DNA of 64,000 nucleotides, taken from assembly GCA_002269645.1 (NCBI GenBank), contig NIVC01001868.1:124001-188000 (forward strand), given 5' to 3'. A program made the translations under genes and the position numbers. The notes below the pieces were generated by a model. It searched no databases and was not told the DNA's origin. It saw only the letters and a program-made list of their open reading frames with translations. Below, one piece after another: positions 21,864 to 33,508 of this stretch. The first letter of the stretch is position 1. Every line of letters starts with the position of its first letter. The stretch comes from Macrostomum lignano (Eukaryota).

Positions 21864-22442
21864 AGTTTGCAAGAATTCGTTTGCAAGAATTCGTTGGCGC
21901 AAGCGTTTCTCTGGTAAATAGCGAATTCAGAATACAGCGGTGCATGGTGACTGCACTAAATCTTAACGGGCGCGCAAAGTAGGCTAATCTCATACCTACC
22001 TATAGTGTACGACCGAACAGGGGCTTCGCTTAGCATAATGACATTGCGCTTCGAAATACAGTTGCAATAGAAAGTTCTGTCTTCTTAAATAGCACTCTAA
22101 AAAATTGGAGGTACTCCTAGATTTGTAGAGATGATGCTTTGACTAATTTTGTCAGTCGAAAGTCAAATTTTTTACATTAAAGTCAGGAGAAGCCTTTGCC
22201 TTTAGTTGTTGGCTGCATTTCTTACTTTTTGATAGCACAACAACATGAGATCGCAAGGGTGAGTTTGTCTAGCTTACATTCAAGTAACAGTGTTAAAACA
22301 TGTCACTGTACGAGTAGGTGTGGCTTAAATTGGTAAGTTCGTTACATCCTTGAGAGAAAAAATGCTTAACTACTGGCATAGAATCAAGATTATGGTTTTC
22401 ATTTTCGGCCTTCAAAATCTTACATCTTCAAAATCTTCAAAA

Positions 22443-22779
22443 TCTTACGCCCTTACCAACTCCATCTTACCCTGACCAACTCCATCTTACCCTGACCAAC
22501 TCCATCTTACCCTGACCAACTCCATCTTACCCTGACCAACCCCATCTTACCATGACCAACTCCATCTTACCCTGACCAACTCCATCTTACCCTGACCAAC
22601 CCCATCTTACCATGACCAACTCCATCTTACCCTGACCAACTTCATCTTACCCTGACCAACCCCATCTTACCATGACCAACTCCATCTTACCCTGACCAAC
22701 CCATCTTACCCTGACCAACTCCATCTTACCCTGACCAACTCCATCTTACCCTGACCAACTCCATCTTACCCTGACCAAC
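22443..22779. repeat. 20 bp minisatellite (CTTACCCTGACCAACTCCAT)
   Basis: About 16 tandem units. Confidence 0.97.
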
Positions 22780-24221
22780 CAAGGACTACTAAAGTTGATA
22801 CGTTGCTTTAGTTGTTCTTGTGACCAACTCATCTCATACTCTCATCGCCTGTCGTACCTTCCTATTAATAGCCTGTATGTCGGACTTGGAGGCATGAAAA
22901 TTTTCTCAAAATAATCGCATAATTGCATAGCTTCAATTTCTCTGTTCTTAATCGTGTTACCTACTTCAATATTTCAACAGGCATTTCCAGCAAGAGAAAG
23001 GCATATGATAAAAAGCTTGGACCTAAATAAAGCAATATTTCAAGCTCGAGTGAAGATCGGGGTGCCATGAGCTACTTGATCCCACGGCTGGGATCGCTTC
23101 CCTTATCTATCAGACACTTTGCTCACCGCTCATTGTACATTCGATCTTCAAGTCCCTGCATCGTACGGTGCAGATTTAATCCGAGCGCGATTGGACTGAG
23201 CGCAACAAAAAACTCCTTCTTCATCAGGCTGCAGCGTCAACTCTTCATCTCTCTTGCACTCTCTCTCACTCACTCTGTCATTCCGCAGTCGAATCATCCC
23301 CCTGACACTCCTTCATCGCCATTCCGCCCCCCTCTCGCCGCCCGTCCCAAATTCTGTCTGCCTCGCCCTCGCCCTCTCCGTTCAGCTGCTGGTCTCGCGC
23401 ATGCACTCGATGCACTTTTAAGCATGCGCTCTACACCCGGATACAAATATTCTCTCGTGCACAAAGCGATTATAAAGGCGCTTCTGTGCGCGACTCTCGA
23501 TAAAATTGTTGTGTACAATCAGCGTACACGTCTAGGAGAGCCCGGCTGCCAATAGAGGAAGATTTATTACTTATTGGAGACAAAATCTATCGAATAAAAA
23601 AAAGAGAAGAAGTCCTCAGATAGCATGGCATCTGACTCTTCCTCTCAGCTGCCTTTCATCCTCTTTCCCTTATCGCTGCCTCTGTGCTCTTCTCCCATCG
23701 CGGCTGAGAGACGAGTCTTTACGGTCTCAATAGTTGTTGAGACTGTTTTTACATATTCCTCCCTTTGCCCTGTTTCCCATTTTCTTACACCCTGCCTAGT
23801 CCTGTACATTGTGCCACCGTCGCCTGAGTATTAGCCCTCGACTGACTAATGCCTAACTATAGAATGCATAGAGATATAGAGAGGGGGTGCGACTGATTCC
23901 AAAAACTGCGTACACGCAATGGAGACTGTTAAGTCCTTTTTTGTAAACAGCAGCTGAATCTCGCTTAAGCGCAACTGCAAGCATTGCAGAGAGTTGCCCA
24001 GCAGTGCAGCTTGGCCGCAACTTCGTGCGCGCGCCTTTCTGCTGCGTGAATTGCAAGGAATGGACTAACGAAGTGCTTTTTTTACTCACTGGCTATTTTT
24101 CAAGCGCTGAAAAATCTCTGTCGCGAAATCAACGCCGCGAGCGTTAAGCTAAAGTGTCAGGCGATTTTCACATGTATTTTTTTCATGTTGACTGAACTTG
24201 CACCTATTGATTTAACCTGGT

Positions 24222-25076
24222 ATGGTCTAACTTGGCACCTCATGGTCTAACTTGGCACCTCATGGTCTAACTTGGCACCTCATGGTCTAACTTGGCACCT
24301 CATGGTCTAACTTGGCACCTCATGGTCTAACTTGGCACCTCATGTTCTAACTTGGCACCTCATGCTCTAACTTGGCACCTCGTGGTCTAACTTGGCACCT
24401 CATGGTCTAACTTGGCACCTCATGGTCTAACTTGGCACCTCATGGTCTAACTTGGCACCTCATGGTCTAACTTGGCACCTCATGGTCTAACTTGGCACCT
24501 CATGGTCTAACTTGGCACCTCATGTTCTAACTTGGCACCTCATGCTCTAACTTGGCACCTCGTGGTCTAACTTGGCACCTCATGGTCTAACTTGGCACCT
24601 CATGGTCTAACTTGGCACCTCATGGTCTAACTTGGCACCTCATGGTCTAACTTGGCAATTCATGGTCTAACTTGGCACCTCATGGTCTAACTTGGCATCT
24701 CATGGTCTAACTTGGCACCTCATGGTCTAACTTGGCACCTTATGGTCTAACTTGGCACCTCATGGTCTAACTTGGCATCTCATGGTCTAACTTGGCACCT
24801 CATGGTCTAACTTGGCACCTCATGGTCTAACTTGGCATCTCATGGTCTAACTTGGCACTTACCTCATGGTCTAACTTGGCACTTACCTCATGGTCTAACT
24901 TGGCACCTCATGGTCTAACTTGGCACCTCATGGTCTAACTTGGCATCTCATGGTCTAACTTGGCACTTACCTCATGGTCTAACTTGGCACTTACCTCATG
25001 GTCTAACTTGGCACCTCATGGTCTAACTTGGCACCTCATGGTCTAACTTGGCATCTCATGGTTTAACTTGGCATCT
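24222..25076. repeat. 20 bp minisatellite (ATGGTCTAACTTGGCACCTC)
   Basis: About 42 tandem units, some with a 4-bp TTAC insertion. Confidence 0.97.
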
Positions 25077-27289
25077 CGCGATGCAGCCTGACAGCTCACA
25101 ATCTGACCCAAGAAGTTCCTAATGGCTACCACACGTTTGATTTCATCACTGATCACCTGATAGCTCGTACCTGGCCTCACATTGCAGTTGCAGCGTTTCT
25201 CTTCTTTAGTAACTCCGATCGGCCAAAATAGGATTATTAGTATTAAATTAAATATCATTTTAATTTTCAGACCCCTGATTCATCTGCTATTCTGCTACTC
25301 ATTAATCCCATATACTAAAAAAGTAACTTTGAGTAATCATAACGATCTTTGGCATATACCAAACAGACTCTTGAATCACCAAACTCACTTAGGGTTTTAT
25401 CAGCTAGACACAGACAAGTAAGACTATCTTAGAGTCATGTAGTCAGATAAACTGTTGATACTGTAATATTCAAAAAATTTGCATGCTTACTGCAGCGGCC
25501 CAGTGAACAATGTAAGCAAGCAATACTCGTACATGCTTAGCAAATTCTTGCCAAAGAGAGCAATCAGTCAGGCAGCCCCCAGCACGCGACCCATTGCGCT
25601 TGTGAAGCAAATTGTGTACAAAGCGCGTGGCAGCGAGGCCCAGGTATACGCGCTACCAAAGCAATGTGCCGGCTTTCTTTTGTCAATCCCAACGCGTGCG
25701 CGTCCACACGAAAATTACTTATAGAGTTAAAACACCCGTGCAGACAGAGAGGTACGCTCCTTTGTCTACCTGGCCTATTACACTGACTTGGTTCTCTCCC
25801 CTCTTCCGGTTGGCCATCGAGGTAGTGTAGGGGATGCCAAGCACCGGCTTGAAGAAGTATGCACGACAAGTAGAAAAGACATCGGGCGTCGCCATTCATT
25901 CAGCCGATTGCCATGCAGGTACAAAATCATTGCCAAGCAAATTTTCTGCATTTGTGCAACGTGACCGTCGATTTCTCTGCCCCTCACTCTCTCTCTCTCT
26001 CCGCGTGTCTGTCTGCCTTCTGTCTCTGCGTCTCCTGTTCCTTCTCTATTCCTTTGCAGTCTGTCTGCCTGTCTGTATCGGCTGCAGCCATGTGCACCGT
26101 GCAGCGCGAAGGCATGCTCTGGAGACACCCACACACTCACTGATTCACTCCACCGCCGCCAACCTGGACTTGCAGTGCAGGAGAGAGAGGGAAGAGAGAG
26201 AGTGAGTGGAGAGAGCTGGCCAGGCCCCGCCCCTAACCCCTCTTTTCCGCCCCTTGCTTGAAAGGCCTAAACAGCTGGGCCAGCTCTCCAACCCGACCGA
26301 CCGATCTTCTCCCCAAAGCGGCCCCTGTAAGTCTTTCCGTCTGGGGCGTACAGAACCTATGCATACAAGAGGTTTCCAACAGCAATAGCAGTAGTGCAAC
26401 CATTTATTAGCAAAAGCCGTTCGCCATAGTACAGTGCCTGTGTTGAATATACATGCGCGCACCAAATATCAGCCTAGTAGTAATAATAGCCAACTGTCCA
26501 GCTTTTCGGCTGCGTCTGATTAAGCAGATTCCATTAGCAACTTTGTGCGCTATCGGGTTCGGGAAATTCTCGCTCTCCTTTTGCTTTTTCTTCTGTCTGT
26601 CTGTCTGTCTCTCTCCTTTTCCCGCTTTTCCGATGGGAATGCATGAGAGCCCTGTGTGTGTATAAATATATGCGACTTTTGGCTTACGGTATGGATTGGA
26701 ATAGATGTGGCTAGCCTTAGTTGGCTGCACGAGGATGAAGAGAGAGGGGCACGGGGCAGAGGAGAGGGTCAGAGTTGCCCCCCCCCCAGTTTTACATCAT
26801 GCCGGGCTCGCCATCGTCGATTTTTCATTCCCAGCTTAAGCCATTGACACCAGGCAACCTCTCAACCCAACGCTATTTTTTCCATGGCTTCAGTTTAGCT
26901 CAGCTACTGATGACCCATTCTTTCATAGCTGTGGTACAATTATTGAGCACAATTAGCCCTTGAGTTTTTACTCGTAGGTTAGAGTAGACTATTTTCGTAG
27001 TTAATGCATTTTCTAAGCAGTTGCCTATTGCTCGTATTATTAGATGAAACTAAACAACTTAACAACCGTCATTGTAGGTTAGTTTATTGCGAAATACTTT
27101 CTCACACTATTCGTTTTTTGTTGGATACATGTTTTAAACTTTCTACTTACAAGTAGCTTGATCATATGTGGCGGTTAAAATTTAAATGAATAAATGCGAT
27201 TTGGCGAGGGGACCGCAAGGGGAGCCACCCCCTCAAAAGGCTGGTAAAGGCGTATGCAGATGATGGCGTGAAGCTGCGCAAGCTGGACA

Positions 27290-28770
27290 CCGTTTGTTGG
27301 GTAGCCTATCTCAGTGAGCTCTTCGTTGAAACCACCCCAATCGGCCTTCCGGAAACACGTGGCCCGTGGTAGGTTCTTGCCTTTCACCGGCGGTTTGGTA
27401 TGTCTGTGGATCGGGAAGGAGATGGGCAGGTGGTCGGACCCCAGGTCGTCGTGGGTCATTTAGCCTTCCGCGATGCTTTGCAGTAGGTTGTTGCTGGTCT
27501 AGGTCAGGTCAGGGGCAAGGACCACTAGGAAAACTTCGTTTAGTCTAGTAGTCCTTGGTCGAGGGTTGATTTGTCTCCTATCGCTGGGTTCAGTCGCGTA
27601 TGGTTGTCGCCGTTGGCGAGTCTCAGGTTGCGGGTGGTCGCCCAGGCCTCCACCAATCTACCACGCTCGTCTTCGTCTTGGTACCGATCCCAGCTACCGT
27701 GGGCGTTGACGTCGTCGGCGACGATGGTGGCGCCAGCGGCGTTCGGGACCAGGTGGAGCGGGGGTTGCCAGGTTTCCCCGCGTTGGCTGCTGGTCGGAGG
27801 TGCGTATAGAGAGACCAGGCTGACCGGTACCTGTCCCTTACTAGGTGAATAGTAGCGGTAGCGCAGTCCAGGAGGGGGCGTTCGTCGTCCGGTAGCGGCG
27901 GCGTCGTGTCGGACGCAATGTCAGTGCGCACCAGGATCAGGGTGCCTGGTGTGTGTCGCTTTGTTAATTTTTGGTTGATGGCGATTTGGTGGCGTTTCCG
28001 GGTCCGGGTCCGGGGGCGGCTTCGAGTTGGCGGTCCTTCCAGCCGGTCCACCCAGTCCTTCGTTTCTGATCCGGCTGGTTGTCATTTGGCGCTCGATTGC
28101 GTGCCGCGCTCTGGTGGGTCTGGGCCTGTGGCTGCGACTGCATTGGTTGCGCGGCCACGGCTCGTCTCTGCGGGTGCAGGCGGTCCAGCGGTGCCTAAGC
28201 GGCAGCCGCGGCACCATTCAGACTTATCGGTTTTATCAGCCGGCCAGCGGATGCGGCAGCGGGGGCGCTTGACAATGCGGCCGCAGTTTGCCCATGGTGT
28301 GGGGCAGCTATCGGCGCTGGCTTCTACAGTCGGGCCAGCATCGGGGCCAACAGACTGGGTGGGCTGGTTGGATAGACCCCCCTCTTCCTCGTTATCGGTG
28401 GCCCGGGTGCCGGAGATCTCTTTTGATAGTCCATCGCATCGGGAGGCGACGTAGTATCCGGCTGTTGGGTTGTAGTCGGTGCCTCTGGTTAGCTTCATTT
28501 CCTGCAGCAAGGCTGCAGCCGGGCGATTGACGTGAAGCCATTTGGCCAGCTCAGTATGACGGCCCCGAAGGCCGTTACAGTTGAACTATAAAATGAGCTC
28601 TGGGCCCGACTCCGTGTTAGTCTTAGGGCGGCCGTGTTTTGGGCGGCGGCCAGGATGGTCGCAGCCGCCTCGCAGGCGCAGGACTTGGTTGATGGGTAAG
28701 CTCTCAGCGTTGGGATAATCGGTCGAGATCTGATGCCGTTGTTGCTGTTGCTGAGGTTCGGTCTTTATTC
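27290..28770 (-). pseudogene. Decayed non-LTR retrotransposon (APE endonuclease region only; RT missing)
   Basis: LIL*FNCNGL, LLQEMKL, GTLILVR, SLYAPP, IVADDVNAH, HTRLNP, DDLGSDHLPI and RKADW occur in order on the minus strand, with stops (28588, 28084) and frameshifts. Confidence 0.85.
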
Positions 28771-30188
28771 ACGGAGCATTGGCTCTCTCGCTCCGGTCGG
28801 AGCATCGCTGAATGGGAAGGCCATTAGTCGACTCGGCCCCGTTGTTCAGGCCAGAGGCGTCCGCGGACCACATGATGAAGGCTGAGGCTGCTATTGAGAC
28901 ATTGAGGCTGAAGTGAGTTTCCACGAAATCAGCAGTTTGTCGACCCGACTGTCTTGGTCCTGATAATTGCGAGGATTTACGGCATCGCCATGGCCAGCCA
29001 TAGATATTTTTTGCTGTGCTGCGTCTGCGAGGGCCCCACCCTCTTGGCCTTTTCTCTTTCTCTACTCTTTTTGCTCTCTCCCCCCTTCGCTCTGGCCGGC
29101 CGGTCGGGCTGGGGTTTAGGGGCTTAAGCCTCACCCTAGCCTGGCCTACGGCCTGGCCTGCCCAGGCCCCCCTGGTCTCTTGCGCGGGCCAACTCAGTTT
29201 GCTCCACCCCTCCCAGGCTGGTGACCTGTGATTGGCTGGCCAGCTGGGTGGTATGTACTTGATTATTGTCTATCAGTTTACCCTCCTCTCCTTTTTTCCG
29301 TGCTATTTAATGCGCGCGCCCCGTCCCGTCTCGTCTCTACCCTTGGTACCGCTCGCGTCAGTTGCAGTAAACTAAACAAACACGTGACGGTCGGTTCGCT
29401 GTTGTTTAGCCACATTGTTGGACTCTGCCCGAACCACAGGTGTGAGTCTCTTTGTCTTCCGGGGTACCGCGTGGGGAACAAGGCAGCTGTGAACTCTCGC
29501 AGCATTCAGGGACCGCGGCAGGTGAACTTTTGCCAGCCGGAAGCGACCGTAAACTCTCGCAGCACCCTAACATAGAAATCTTGCACGATCACAAATTTCA
29601 TTCCAAAACAGGAGCTTTGGTCCGGCCAGCACAAGCCAGGAGAATCGGCACTCTGTTTTGGGATGCGGCCGCAGCCTCAGTGGTTGTGGCATCGGCGGCA
29701 TGCAGATGAACAGAAAAGCGTCATAAGCTGTGGCTGCGAAAACGAGGCGGACAAAGATTATTTTACAGGCACAATCTTGCGCCTGTTGCGAGGTGCCACG
29801 GCAGTGTGCAGGACGGATCCAGGTGCAGATCCCGTGCTGCTCAGTGCTGCTCAGATGAGCTCCTTGGCATTGTTTTATCGGCACGAGGGACTTCCGCATT
29901 GCTTGTTGCTAGCCAAATGACTGAAGTCGACTTAGGAGTTAAGAGGAAAGAAGAGGGTGGCTCTCACCTAATGAGCTAGCACTCAATATATATTGCCTGG
30001 ACTGACAGATGTACATCTGTTCGCGTACGCTACATATAGCATAGAGCATGCACATTAACAACATCATCTCAGAAGTGCAGAGATGACAGAATTCGGATGA
30101 GATAAGCAGTCGCATTAAAGCAAGCAATTTCAGTGGAACATCTTGATGTTTTTCGGTTCGGTCAGTTGCGGTCAGTCAAGTCAGTCAA

Positions 30189-31075
30189 TCATGGGTCACA
30201 GCGTTGCAGAACCACTAAGGCGGTGAGCGAAGTCTCTCTGAGCGGCGCAAGGCGGTGGCGGTGGCGGTGCCGTCTCTGGTTGCCCGCCGTCTGGCTGCTG
30301 TGGAGCCTCGTCACATCAGTCGTGGTGGTCATCCAGGATGCAGCAACTGATGCACCAGCGCTGCCATCGGTCAAAGTGATCGTGTTGCCCTCGCGAACTG
30401 ACGACTCTCTGCGTCTCGGTGACGCCGCTGCTGAGCTTTCAACGCCTCGGACGGCGGACGCTGCGTCCTTCAGCGGCCGGTTCTGCTTGCGAATCCGGTG
30501 GCGGCTCTCGGCCTGCTGCTGTCGATCTGTAACACTGCGCCACAGCTCCTGGACCGTCGTTGACTCGGTGCTTGGTGCTCGCTCGAGGGGCAGGCGGAGC
30601 ATCAGTTCATACGGCGACTTCTTGGTCAGTGCGTGCTCGGTTGACTGATACGCCAGCAGCAGCTCCTGAACCGCCTGCTTCAGGTATTAATGAAGCCGTT
30701 GAACCGACTCCAACATTCTGCTTAGGCAGTAGAAAGGAGTTTATCGGTGCGTGATGTCGAGCAGGTAGCGGCAGTCCCGAGTGAAGATGCGATAATCTCA
30801 GTCCACTTGAAGTAGAGATCGTGGACTACGATGAAAATCGATAGGACTGCGGCAACCTCGGCTGCCTTCAGCACTCCGACGATTTCGACTTGCAGCTGTC
30901 GCCATGGACCCTCTGGAAGCTCCGTCGCTGACCATGGGACCTTGATCGGCTTAAACGCCTTCTCGAACAGGACGCGGGCGCTGCAGTTCGACACGAAGGC
31001 CTCCACGTCACTGTCGATGCGCGGCCACTAGACCGTGTCGCGGCTCCGCGCCTTGGCTCCGCAAATCCTCGCGGA
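30189..31075 (-). pseudogene. Decayed Ty3/Gypsy (Mag-like) integrase fragment with the catalytic core deleted
   Basis: RDTV*WPRIDSDVEAFV...GPWRQLQVEIVG...VVHDLYFKWTEII and LLAYQSTEHALTKKSPYELML...GNTITLTDG align by eye with the integrase of the intact element. The DNGPQF...ER segment is absent. Confidence 0.8.
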
Positions 31076-33146
31076 CGCCGGGAACCAGACTGCCGAGGTA
31101 GACGAACTGCTGACAACGCGGAAGCTCTGTCGCCTGTCGATCAGCGCCTCTAAAAAAAATCTACAAAATCGAGACAAAATTCCAGACAAAACTGGAGGAA
31201 ATCCAGCGATTTTGAGATGAGAACTGGAAGAACTTTGCAAAGCCGAGGGAGGAAGCTGTGGGTGCCTTGAGTTGCGCTACGGACTCGGTGTGCGACTGCC
31301 GAGGAGTTGAGTTGTATTTACAGTAAGTAAGTAGGCAATGTAACTTACATTATGTGAGTACAGTAGTTTAAGAAAGTTTCATAGGAAACTTTTGAAGTAT
31401 AAGTTCACGCAATAATTATATTACGGTGATTTGAGGTATTTTCAACACAACATTAGCTGTTTATTTTTTTTTCGAAGCAGATCAAATGTCAACCTTTTCA
31501 TAAGATATACCTATTGTTCATTGTTGGCAAGTATGAAAGTATATACGCCTAATATAAATTACTAAACGACTAATATTTAAGGCTTCTGAAAGCTAACTGT
31601 AATTACAGCCACCATTAATTTCAAATGCAGCGTTCTTACTTTTAATTCGTCTCTTCCTACTCGCATGCATTGCTACTGATATTAGTAGCATGGTAAGGAT
31701 ATCTGCTGCTCAATAATGCAACTTATGGTTTTTTTACTACTAGTAGTAAGAATTCGAAAGTGAAAGCGGCATTACAGCTTGCTGACTACGCTCCAGCCTG
31801 ACTAAGAGAGCACGCAATGACATCGCATGCCATGAGCTGGCATGTCAAAACAGCTCAGCCCTTCTCGAACTCTCTCTATCCTCGCGCAGGGCCCCGCCCC
31901 CTTTTTTCTTCTCCTGATCGTTACCCCATAGGCGTCACAGTCTCGAGCCGCAGCGATATTTTGACAGACAGCGACAAGCGACAAGCGACAGGCGGGCACA
32001 GCGGGGGGGGGGCTGCAGCTTGGGGTCACGTCGGGCCGCACCGATTCTCAGATACGGGTGAAAGTGGCCCTGCGTGGCTGCTCAATACTAGCTCGGATCT
32101 GTATTAAAGCGCCTCTTTGGAGAGGGTGTCTTTTGTTCGAGAAAATTTTTAATAAAAATCCACAACGCCACCCAAAGGTCCGCGGGGGGTCCGCGCCCAC
32201 TCCAAAGGTGGCTCGGCGCCCGCATACGAGATGAGGCCGGGCCCTGGGCTGCCGCGCCCCCCGCTGCCTTTTCTCTAATTCCTATATTTTCGAGCTTGTC
32301 TCTCACTTCAGCTCCTTCACTCTCGCTCTTACTCAACTTTCAATTGAAGCCATTTTTTGTTGCAAGCTTCCACTAACAAATAAGCAAGGCCAGCGTCTAA
32401 GCAATTTAGCTAAAGCCTCCATGATAAGCGAGGCGTCGGGTTGCCACAGACAACCGGCAGGTTTTCAATTTTGAATGGCTGGGGGACACACGGGGCCCGA
32501 GAGTGGTTCGGTATCCGACCTCGGACATCTGCTGCTCGCTCTGCAACTGCGCTGGACATTGCGGTGGGCCCGGGCCGCATGCTGCGCAAAGTCACACGCT
32601 GGGGCCACACACGCGGCAATGAATTTGAGTATAGTCTCAACTACTAGCATCATTACATGTGTATTAGCCATTGTAGATACAGACAACATGCAGGCTTCTG
32701 CTGGAAGGCAGAAAAAATACAAAATTCTCCAGACTCCGCTTCACGCTGGGCGGCCAATAAAGTCTCACTTACCGTCTTGTTTTTGTTGCTGCATTTCTAT
32801 CACTTTTCTGCCGGGTCCAATTTTTTCACCTCCCGCTGATTTGTCCCAGCTGAGTCCGGCACCGCGCCCCACCCCACCACTCTGTCACAGGCGCCGAAAT
32901 TACGGCGAGAAATTATCTTATTCTTTTTTAAAAGCTTAATGTGAACAATTTAATAAGACTAATTGTAAACTGAATTGCTAGAAAATCAATTAGTCAATAA
33001 ACCATTTTTTACCTGACTTTAACAGTAGTCCTCGTCAATAGAAGAGTTTAGATCGACTTAGATTAACACTTTTTTTAGACCAGGCAACCTGTAGATCCAC
33101 AGTGTTTGATTGGCTTACCTGGAAGATGAACTGCGCTTCGAAATCC

Positions 33147-33508
33147 AAAATGAGTGCCTGTGGCGCCAAGATGAGTGTCTGTGGCACCAAAATGAGTGCC
33201 TGTGGCGCCAAGATGAGTGGTTGTGGCGCCAAGATTAGTGCCTGTGGCGCCAAGATGAGTGGTTGTGGCGCCAAGATGAGTGCCTGCGGCGCCAAGATGA
33301 GTGCCTGTGGCGCCAAGATGAGTGCCTGTGGCGCCAAGATGAGTGCCTGTGGCGCCAAGATGAGTGCCTGTGGCGCCAAGATGAGTGGTTGTGGCGCCAA
33401 GATGAGTGCCTGTGGCGCCAAGATGAGTGCCTGTGGCGCCAAGATGAGTGCCTGTGGTGGCAATATGAGTGCCTGCGGCGCCAAAATGAGTGCCTGTGGT
33501 GCCAAGAT
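33147..33508. repeat. 21 bp minisatellite (ATGAGTGCCTGTGGCGCCAAG)
   Basis: About 17 tandem units. Confidence 0.97.

Larger units (their letters stand above)
17743..21864 (-). mobile_element. Full-length single-ORF non-LTR retrotransposon (Ingi/I-group-like)
   Basis: (GAA)6 3' tail at 17743-17760. 14-bp TSD GTTTGCAAGAATTC at 17729-17742 and 21865-21878, with a second copy at 21879-21892. No ORF1; APE-RT-RNaseH-CCHC ORF. Confidence 0.92.

Noticed and set aside
20066-21982. Long antisense ORFs over the LINE and gag-pol (e.g. 638 aa, 450 aa)
   Set aside because: Expected shadows of GC-rich coding sequence; no recognisable domains.
21709-21993. 94-aa ORF as ORF1 of the LINE
   Set aside because: Its ATG (21993) is outside the TSD in flanking DNA; only the internal ATG at 21804 belongs to the element.
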